DNA of 56,021 nt from Streptosporangiaceae bacterium. GTDB lineage: Bacteria; Actinomycetota; Actinomycetes; Streptosporangiales; JBOHCT01. The translations under genes were made by a program, and so were the position numbers. Location of the stretch: positions 1 to 56,021 of the forward strand of contig JBOHCT010000002.1 in the NCBI GenBank assembly GCA_050699055.1. Direction: 5' to 3'. Below, piece after piece: positions 17,998 through 24,683 of the stretch. Each line of letters starts with the position of its first letter. Position 1 is the stretch's first letter. The notes beneath the pieces were generated by a model. That model worked only from the letters and a program-made list of their open reading frames with translations. It was not told the DNA's origin and did not search any database.

Positions 17998-19500
17998 TCA
18001 CTCTCGCACCTGGGCGGTCAGGGTCACGATGTTGGACGCCGTCCGGTGCGCGAACGGCGCGCAGCGGACGTCGAAACCCCGCCTGGTCCCGATGTTCTCC
18101 AGGAGCGGGCCGTTGACCCAGTTGACCACGGACCCGTCGTACTTCCCCGGTCCACGGAACCCCGTCTGGTACTGGTGGAGGTCGGTGACGAACAGGTCAT
18201 GGCACTGGAGTCGGCCGTAGGGATGCAGCAGCGGGAGGGTGTCGTCGAAGCTCGCCACCGCCCCGTTGTTCACGTGCATCCGTACGTCGCCGTCGGCCTC
18301 GAGCAGAGGTCGCAGCGCCTCGCCCGTCACCCGAGGGGCTACCTCGTACAGGTCGAGGCCCTCCAGCGGGACGTACCGCTCCTCCAGGCGCAGCGCCAGC
18401 CAGGCCTGCCGCCAGAAGCGGACGGCAGCCCCCACCGCCGGGAACCTGTCGGGCAGGGCCTCGCTCATCAGCTCGGGTCCGAGCCTGAGCAGCTTCGCGA
18501 CAAGCCCGGGGACCTCGTGGGACTGGACCGACACCTGCTCCGCGATCTCTTGGGCGGCCGTGGGAGAAAGGTAGGCCCGCACGTCGATTCGGTACGCCCG
18601 CCCGCCGATGTAGGCGATCTCGTCGCTCGGCAGGTTGTCGTAGACGTTGGAGATGTAGACGAGGAACGCCTTGTACCGCAGGAACCCCAGCGACGTGGTC
18701 GGCCGGGTCGCGTCGAGCACCAGCGAGCTGACGTGGGCGGCGTGGTGGGCGACCGCGGTCTGCGCCTTGCTGAGGACGTGCGGTGAGTAGTCGCCCATGA
18801 GGTAGTGCAGGCGCCGGTAGTAGTCGGCGCCGTGCGCGCGGTCGAGGGCGACGAACTCGTCCAGCCATGTCCTGGCCTGGTTGCCGTTGCCGACGCCGAG
18901 CTCCACCACGTAGAGCTCGGCCGGCAGCGCGTCACGGGCCGCCAGGTCGTCCCAGACCCGGAACAGGTCGAGGATGAGCTCGCGTACGGCGTCCCTGTTC
19001 CTGGCGTCGCTCTCGCCGCCGGGCAGCGCCTGTTCGTACCGCTGGCCGGTCGCCTCCTCCCACAGCGACAGCGCCTGCCAGTACAGGGCGTTGAACCCCC
19101 AGACGCAGCTGTCCACGCCCGGCCGCCACGTCTCCAGGTAGCGCCGCCCGAGGGCGTCGGGACTCTGGTTCCCCCGCAACACCTCCTGGGTCACGGCCTT
19201 GATGTCCACCTCCCCGCAGCGCCGAAGGTCGACGGCGACCTCCACCCCGTCCTCATGACCCGCCGCGTCCGTGCCGAGTTCCGGGGCCGCGCCGGGCGCG
19301 AGGATGCGGCGCAGGTCGATGACCGCACGGAAGTTGTTCTTGTACTGAATCCAGTCGCACACCACACGGAGGCGGGAAAGGTCGACGGCGTCCTCGCAAG
19401 GGTCCTCGCAGAGGGCCTGGACCACCGGCCCCAGCGAGGCGGTCACGTCCATCGGCTGGGATCCGCGCAGCCGCTTGGTAGGACGGACGTCAACGTGCAC
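17998..19500 (-). CDS. Large atypical class I SAM-dependent methyltransferase (500 aa)
   Basis: GTG start with a GGAGGGAG Shine-Dalgarno. Motif I 'VVELGVGNGNQ' and later 'VYISNVYDNLPSDE'. To my eye it distantly resembles the MidA/NDUFAF7 (DUF185) layout. Confidence 0.6.
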   Translation of the reverse strand: MHVDVRPTKRLRGSQPMDVTASLGPVVQALCEDPCEDAVDLSRLRVVCDWIQYKNNFRAVIDLRRILAPGAAPELGTDAAGHEDGVEVAVDLRRCGEVDIKAVTQEVLRGNQSPDALGRRYLETWRPGVDSCVWGFNALYWQALSLWEEATGQRYEQALPGGESDARNRDAVRELILDLFRVWDDLAARDALPAELYVVELGVGNGNQARTWLDEFVALDRAHGADYYRRLHYLMGDYSPHVLSKAQTAVAHHAAHVSSLVLDATRPTTSLGFLRYKAFLVYISNVYDNLPSDEIAYIGGRAYRIDVRAYLSPTAAQEIAEQVSVQSHEVPGLVAKLLRLGPELMSEALPDRFPAVGAAVRFWRQAWLALRLEERYVPLEGLDLYEVAPRVTGEALRPLLEADGDVRMHVNNGAVASFDDTLPLLHPYGRLQCHDLFVTDLHQYQTGFRGPGKYDGSVVNWVNGPLLENIGTRRGFDVRCAPFAHRTASNIVTLTAQVRE

Positions 19501-20527
19501 GGCTGCTCCCTCCGGCCGTGACGGCCTCGCCGGCCTCTCCCGCGCCTCCGGCGGCTTCGACCCGGGCGCGCCGGAGGATCTCGGGGACGGCCGTCTCGTG
19601 GCCGAACGACATCACGTGGATACCCGCGACGCCCGGGATCGCCTTCAGGCGCTCGATGGTCTCGACGCAGACGCGCATGCCCTCCTCGGCGACACGGTCG
19701 GCGGGCACGCCGCGGAGGCGACGGGCGACGCTGTCGGGGACGTACAGACCCGCGACCTTGGTGCTCATGTGGTCCAGCGCCCGAAGCGAACGGATCGGGC
19801 CCACCCCGGCGAGGATTCCGCAGCGTTCGTGCAGCCCGAGGTCGCGGACCTCGGCCATCCAGCGCTCGAACGCGTCCACGTCGAAGACGAACTGGGTCTG
19901 GGCGAACCGCGCCCCCGCCGCGACCTTCTTGGCCAGGCGCCGGGCACGGAAATGTACGGGCGGGGCGAACGGGTTCTCGACGGCGCCGACGAACACTTGC
20001 GGCGGTGGCCGGAGTCGGCTCCCCGACAGCAGCCTGCCCTGGTCCCGCATCGTGCGCGCCGCCCACACCAGCTGAACGCTGTCGAGGTCGAAGACCGGCT
20101 TCGCCCCAGGGTGGTCGCCGAACCGTGGATGGTCACCGGTGAGCAGCAGCGCGTTGGGGATGCCGAGGGCCGCGGCGGACAGCAGGTCGGACTGGAGTGC
20201 CAGCCTGTTCCTGTCGCGGCAGGTGAGCTGCATGACCGGCTCGACGCCCACCTCCAGCGCCAGCAGGCTGCCGGCCCAGCTTGACAGGCGCACGAACGCG
20301 CTCTGGTTGTCGGTGACGTTCGCGGCGTCCACCCACCCGCGGAGCGCCGCGGCCTTGCGGCGGATCACCTCGGCGTCCGAGCCGCGCGGGGGGCCGATCT
20401 CCGCGGTCACGACGAACCGTCCGGAGTCGAGGGCGGCGCGGAGCCGACCTGGCCCAGATGATCGCCCGGCACCGCCCGAGCCGTTACCGGGGGACCGCCC
20501 GTCGACCTCGTCCGGCACCAGCGTCAT
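19490..20527 (-). CDS. metF: Methylenetetrahydrofolate reductase (MetF)
   Basis: 'FVVTAEIGPPRG', 'ANVTDNQSAFVRLSS' and 'VMQLTCRDRNRLALQSDLLSAAALGIPNALLLTGDHP'. Confidence 0.9.
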   Translation of the reverse strand: MTLVPDEVDGRSPGNGSGGAGRSSGPGRLRAALDSGRFVVTAEIGPPRGSDAEVIRRKAAALRGWVDAANVTDNQSAFVRLSSWAGSLLALEVGVEPVMQLTCRDRNRLALQSDLLSAAALGIPNALLLTGDHPRFGDHPGAKPVFDLDSVQLVWAARTMRDQGRLLSGSRLRPPPQVFVGAVENPFAPPVHFRARRLAKKVAAGARFAQTQFVFDVDAFERWMAEVRDLGLHERCGILAGVGPIRSLRALDHMSTKVAGLYVPDSVARRLRGVPADRVAEEGMRVCVETIERLKAIPGVAGIHVMSFGHETAVPEILRRARVEAAGGAGEAGEAVTAGGSSRAR

Positions 20528-21102
20528 CGCGCCGCGACCTCGTCGTCGCGGAGGATGCTCGGAGGCGCCGCGAGGCCGCCGTCATCCGTCCACAGGCCCT
20601 CGTCCCTGCCCTGCCAGTAGTTCACCCAGGAACTCTGGCCCCACTGCCGGTGATCGATGGGACGCTGCAGCAGTGCCAGGTCGCCCGCGTGCCCTTCCGC
20701 CTCGGCGCGCTCGTAGGCGACCAGCCACACGCAGCGCATCTCCGGGTAGACCTCGCACGCCCCCGACTGCGACACGCCCCCACACGGTCCGTTGCGCAGC
20801 TGCTTCGGGCAGCTCATCGGACACGCGTATCCCGTCGCGGGCAGAGCGCACTGACCGCACATCTCGCAGCCGAACGCGGCGCCTTTGACGCCTTCCTCGG
20901 CTCTGGTAAAGATCTTGTACAGCCAAGGGGTCGCCTCGAGTCGCGCGGCCAGCTTCGCGTACAGCGCATTGGGCTCGAGAAAGCGATGCAGGCGGTACAT
21001 CGCGCGGGCGGACAAGGACGGCGTCCTCGGCCGCGGCCACGCCTGGCCGCCGGCGTCCTTGGCCCCCGGCTCGTCCGACCTCTGACGCCCGCGCTTCTTC
21101 AC
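20524..21102 (-). CDS. metV: MTHFR C-terminal-domain (MetV-like) Cys-rich subunit
   Basis: 'FGCEMCGQCALPATGYACPMSCPKQLRNGPCGG' is the signature of the MetV/MTHFR_C family. 4-nt overlaps on both sides. Confidence 0.85.
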   Translation of the reverse strand: MKKRGRQRSDEPGAKDAGGQAWPRPRTPSLSARAMYRLHRFLEPNALYAKLAARLEATPWLYKIFTRAEEGVKGAAFGCEMCGQCALPATGYACPMSCPKQLRNGPCGGVSQSGACEVYPEMRCVWLVAYERAEAEGHAGDLALLQRPIDHRQWGQSSWVNYWQGRDEGLWTDDGGLAAPPSILRDDEVAAR

Positions 21103-21377
21103 CGTCGACCCTCAGGAACGCGGGCCGGTCCGTCGGGGACGCTGAGGAACGACGAGCCGCGCAGGCGCGCGACGGTCTCGCGGAGCTGTCGGACCTCGCT
21201 GGTCAGCGCGTCGATGGTCTCCGTCTCGGCCCGGCTGCTCCTGCGCGCAGCCACCTCGCGCAAGAGCTCGACCTCCCGGGACAGCCCGTCCATGCCGTCC
21301 ATGCCCGCCGCCTCCGCACCGCCCGCCGGCGATCCGCAGTAAGGACACCTTGGCGCGCCGTTGCTCATGCTGTTCAT
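21099..21377 (-). CDS. Small CxxC zinc-ribbon-like / coiled-coil protein (about 92 aa), first gene of the C1/SAM operon
   Basis: 'MNSMSNGAPRCPYCGSP...' followed by heptad-like 'LSREVELLREVAARRSSRAETETIDALTSEVRQLRETVARL'. The stop overlaps the metV start. Start is 21377 or 21368. Confidence 0.5.
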   Translation of the reverse strand: MNSMSNGAPRCPYCGSPAGGAEAAGMDGMDGLSREVELLREVAARRSSRAETETIDALTSEVRQLRETVARLRGSSFLSVPDGPARVPEGRR

Positions 21378-21576
21378 GCCAACCCACTTCGACGACGTCC
21401 ATTGGGGACCGAACGAGACCGAACGAACGATCTGTCTCTCATCCTCCGCGACGGGCCGTCCGTGGTCATCGGGCCGGCCCACGAAGTTCGACGGACGTTC
21501 TTTGTGTTCGCGCCACAATTGGCCACGTCACAAACGCCGAAGGGCAACGGCTCAGAAAGCGAGTCGGATTATGGCG

Positions 21577-22632
21577 TCATTCAATCGAAACTGTCACCGG
21601 CCTGCTCTGCCACGTCCATCCCGGACAGACCGAGGAGAAACGCCCGACCGGTCCGCCGGCCGCTATCACCAAGAGGTCGTCCTCGCTCGTGACCGCCCGC
21701 ACAGGCCCGGCCACCGAGCCTGCCGACTTTTCGAGGACCTCGGCGGGAACGCGGGCGCCATCGGCGATGAACTTCTTCACCTCGGCCTTCGTCCACGACG
21801 CCTCCCGGAGGATGTCCCGATGCTCCTTGGCGAACGCGACCAGCTGCGGGGCGTTCCTCCGGCCCTCGACGCCGCTGCCGACCGCCGCGCTCGCGACGGT
21901 ATACGCCACCGCGGAAAGGATGGCCTCGGGGCTGCTGTCCTGCACACTGACCTGGCGCGGCGCCTCACAGCCCAGCATCGTGACCGCGCTCTGACCGGCG
22001 GTCATGCCGCGCTCGACATGCAGCGGCTCCCACGGAGAGTCCTCCTCGTCCTCCGCGATGCAGTACGAGTACTTTCCGGGATGGCCCAACGTCGCACGAT
22101 CCAAGACACCCGGCACGGCTTTCGCCACATTCTGGAGAATCAGCCGCAACGCCCTACCAATGGTGGCGTTGGCCCTTACGCCATGGCCGAAGACGTTGCC
22201 TCTCGCGTTCATTCCGATGCGCTCGCGAATCGGGCCACTCACGATCGCCAACGGCGCCGCTCCCTTCGTACTGCACGCCACGCCGTACAGCGCGAAGCGA
22301 TCGGCCAGCATCGCCTCGACCGCCGCGAGCACCACCGGGCCGTACTCCGGGCGGCATCCGGCCAGCACCGCGTTCGCGGCGACGTGACCGACCGTCGCCT
22401 CGACGTCGCCCGGCGGGACCGTCCCGACCACCGTGTCCGACGTCCTGCCCATGGCGGCCACCATCGCCGCCACGTTCTCAGCCGTCGGAGGCAGCACGGG
22501 CAATCCGTCGCAGAGATCCGACGCGAGGTATTCCTCCACAATCGCCGCCGCGTCAGTGCGCCGCGCGTCGCTCGCTCCGTCCACGGTCGGATCACCGTCA
22601 CTTTCATGATCGCGAACACTTTTCCACCCCAC
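21577..22632 (-). CDS. Uncharacterised conserved protein, paralog P1 of 3
   Basis: Shares 'DGLPVLPPT', 'LAGCRPEYGPVVLAA', 'STKGAAPL..VSGPIR', 'RANATIGRALRL', 'HPGKYSYC', 'EDEEDSPWEPLHV' with 22698-23756 and 25805-26929. Start is GTG 22632 or GTG 22584. Confidence 0.75.
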   Translation of the reverse strand: MGWKSVRDHESDGDPTVDGASDARRTDAAAIVEEYLASDLCDGLPVLPPTAENVAAMVAAMGRTSDTVVGTVPPGDVEATVGHVAANAVLAGCRPEYGPVVLAAVEAMLADRFALYGVACSTKGAAPLAIVSGPIRERIGMNARGNVFGHGVRANATIGRALRLILQNVAKAVPGVLDRATLGHPGKYSYCIAEDEEDSPWEPLHVERGMTAGQSAVTMLGCEAPRQVSVQDSSPEAILSAVAYTVASAAVGSGVEGRRNAPQLVAFAKEHRDILREASWTKAEVKKFIADGARVPAEVLEKSAGSVAGPVRAVTSEDDLLVIAAGGPVGRFSSVCPGWTWQSRPVTVSIE

Positions 22633-22656
22633 GGCGCTGAAAAGTGTTCGCGATCA
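22607..22656. repeat. Perfect 18-bp inverted repeat TGATCGCGAACACTTTTC-N14-GAAAAGTGTTCGCGATCA
   Basis: Read directly. It spans the P2-P1 intercistronic junction, and the annotated P1 GTG start lies in the loop. Confidence 0.9.
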
Positions 22657-22697
22657 CGGGAGGGGCCACCAGATGCACCGAGAGAGGGGGCGCGGTG

Positions 22698-23756
22698 TCA
22701 GGGGGCGCGGGCCTGGATCTGGCGCTGCCCGTGGCGCCCGTACTCGAGCGAAGGGGAGCCGTAGCACACCATGGACACGATCCCCGCGCCGCCGGCCGCC
22801 ACGATGGTGACGTCGTCCGCCGACCCGAAGAGGGGCACCCAGTCGTCCGGCTGATAGCCGTCGCGCTCGCGCAGGTGGGGGAGGCTGTCGGCACGGCCGG
22901 GCGGCTGGCCGGCTTCGAGGTCCACGGCGGGCCGGCCCGCGCGTTCGTACAGGAAGTCGCGAACGTCGGACTTGCTCCAACCGGCCTCCGCGACGGCGGC
23001 GCGATGGTCGGGGCCGAGGAGCACGAAAGCCTCGGACCGGCCCGTCATGCCGAAGCTCGCCAGCGTGCTCATGACGTCAGCGATGCGGGTGAGCGCGACC
23101 TCGGGATACTTGGGGCTGGCGACCGCGCTCACGTAACGGGGCGCCTCCGAGCCCATGACCGTGACCGTGCTGTCCTCCGGTGAATATCCCGACGAGACGT
23201 GCAGCGGCTCCCAGGGGCTGCCCTCCTCGTCCTCGCCGACCGTGTAGGTGTACTTGCCGGCGTGGCCGAAGCAGGAGTGGTCGGTCACCCCGGGCACCGA
23301 GTTGCCGACGTTGATCAACAGCAGCCTGATCGCCCGCCCGATCGTGGCGTTCGCGCGGGTGCCCGGGCCCAACACGTTCTTGCCGCAGTTCAGCACGATC
23401 CGCTGACGGATGGGCCCATTGACGACGACGAGTGGAGCGTTCCCCTTCGTGCTCGTCGCCAGATGGTCGAGGTGGAAACTCGACTCGAGCATGACCTCCA
23501 CGGCGGCCAGGACCACCGGCATGTACTCCGGCAGGCAGCCCGCCATCGTCGCGTTGACCGCGACATCACGCACGGCCGCTTCCTCGTACGTCGGAGGAAG
23601 CAGACCCACGGCCTCGTCCGCGTCCCTGCCGGAGGCGGCGATCATGGCCTCGGCGCGTTCCACGCTCGGTGGGACGACAGGAAGCCCGTCTGTCGCGCCC
23701 TGTTCGATGTAGCCGTCCACCATGGAGATGAAGTCACTCAAAGAGCCAGCAGCCAT
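22698..23756 (-). CDS. Uncharacterised conserved protein, paralog P2 of 3
   Basis: 352 aa with 'DGLPVVPPS', 'MAGCLPEYMPVVLAA', 'STKGNAPLVVVNGPIR', 'RANATIGRAIRL' and 'EDEEGSPWEPLHV'. Confidence 0.8.
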   Translation of the reverse strand: MAAGSLSDFISMVDGYIEQGATDGLPVVPPSVERAEAMIAASGRDADEAVGLLPPTYEEAAVRDVAVNATMAGCLPEYMPVVLAAVEVMLESSFHLDHLATSTKGNAPLVVVNGPIRQRIVLNCGKNVLGPGTRANATIGRAIRLLLINVGNSVPGVTDHSCFGHAGKYTYTVGEDEEGSPWEPLHVSSGYSPEDSTVTVMGSEAPRYVSAVASPKYPEVALTRIADVMSTLASFGMTGRSEAFVLLGPDHRAAVAEAGWSKSDVRDFLYERAGRPAVDLEAGQPPGRADSLPHLRERDGYQPDDWVPLFGSADDVTIVAAGGAGIVSMVCYGSPSLEYGRHGQRQIQARAP

Positions 23757-23828
23757 CCGCCTGTCGCTCCTTCTCCGCCTCTTGACCCCCCGTCGCGAGG
23801 CCGCGGGCGGGTCTTTACGCCCGGTGTC

Positions 23829-24362
23829 CTACTCGGCCCCGGTCGCGATCGACACCACCTGCGGCAGCGCCTCCTCGGCACGGGCCCACAGGCCGTCGTC
23901 GTCCAGCGACCCCAGCGGATGCTTGACCACCGCGAACCTGAACCCCTCGGCACCGCGCATCGTGGCGAGCTGCGCGGCGCCATGGCTGAACGGCTCCGTG
24001 CAGACGGCCACCCCGGGGATGCCGTGCCGCTCGATCTCTATCGCGTCGTGCAAACTGCACGCACTGCAGGAGCCTCAGTCACCGATGCCCGTCACGATCA
24101 GACGCGAGCGGGCCGCCAATCCCGCGATCAGTTCCGCCGGCGCCGGCTTCGACAGTGCCTCCTTGCCCATGGGTGCCAGCTCGCCTATCCCGTGCCGCTC
24201 CTTCAGCAACGTCCCGAGAAAGTCGAGAAAACGCGCGGCGTTCGGCTTGTAGTTGTCGAGCAGACCGACGGTGACACCCCGCAGGGAGTCCAGCCGAGGA
24301 GCGGACGTGACAGCGACCGCCTTCTTCGGCTTCGGACTGAAAAGCTCCTCATCCCATACCAT
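23829..24362 (-). CDS. UGSC-motif protein, putative selenoprotein (in-frame TGA at 24075-24077)
   Basis: Two same-frame ORFs (24075-24362 and 23829-24053) are joined through TGA plus 7 codons. The joined product aligns over its full length with the CGSC paralog at 26929-27477, and the TGA falls on that paralog's Cys. An AAGGA Shine-Dalgarno precedes the ATG at 24362. Confidence 0.6.
24043..24064 (-). promoter_or_regulatory. Candidate SECIS-like hairpin downstream of the TGA
   Basis: The mRNA reads GUG-CGUGC-AGUUU-GCACG-A-CGC. It starts 11 nt after the UGA and forms 8 bp with one bulged A and a G-U-containing apical loop. Confidence 0.4.
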
Positions 24363-24409
24363 GAGTTATCCTTCGGGTTTTCCTCAACCATTCCCACAGC
24401 CGCAGCTGC

Positions 24410-24631
24410 CTACTCGTCCGGATATGTCAGGTCGATGGAGTGCTCCGGCACCCCGAGAGCCTGCTGGAAGAACCTGCGCATCAGGTCCTTCGGCACCAGG
24501 CAGTCCGGGCATGCCTCGGATGTCGCGGAGATGCGGACGCCGACCCGCCCGCCGCCCTCGTCGACCTCGACCACGTAGCCGTCCGCGCCCAAGGATGACC
24601 GCAGCTCCCGCAGACCCGCCTCGTCGACCAT
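24410..24631 (-). CDS. Small NifU-like / CxxC protein (73 aa)
   Basis: Start ATG 24631 with a GGGAG Shine-Dalgarno. 'DGYVVEVDEGGGRVGVRISATSEACPDCLVPKDLM' resembles the NifU C-terminal (Nfu) layout. Confidence 0.45.
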   Translation of the reverse strand: MVDEAGLRELRSSLGADGYVVEVDEGGGRVGVRISATSEACPDCLVPKDLMRRFFQQALGVPEHSIDLTYPDE

Positions 24632-24683
24632 CGTCAGCTCCCTACCTCTCCGTGGCGGTCCCATCGCCAGGAGACCTCAACCC

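Noticed and set aside
21378-21576. Possible SAM (SAM-IV), THF or other riboswitch in the 199-nt leader of the C1/SAM operon
   Set aside because: I reverse-complemented the leader and looked for the conserved cores I remember (for example GGUCAUGAG...GCAACCCUCC for SAM-IV) and found no convincing match. A covariance-model scan (Rfam/Infernal) would be needed to exclude one.
24075-24077. TGA as an ordinary stop separating two independent small genes
   Set aside because: This is considered less likely. The downstream piece has no Shine-Dalgarno or ATG/GTG start of its own (only a TTG). Both pieces stay in one frame. Together they align colinearly with the full-length Cys paralog. It remains the null hypothesis if the genome lacks sel genes.
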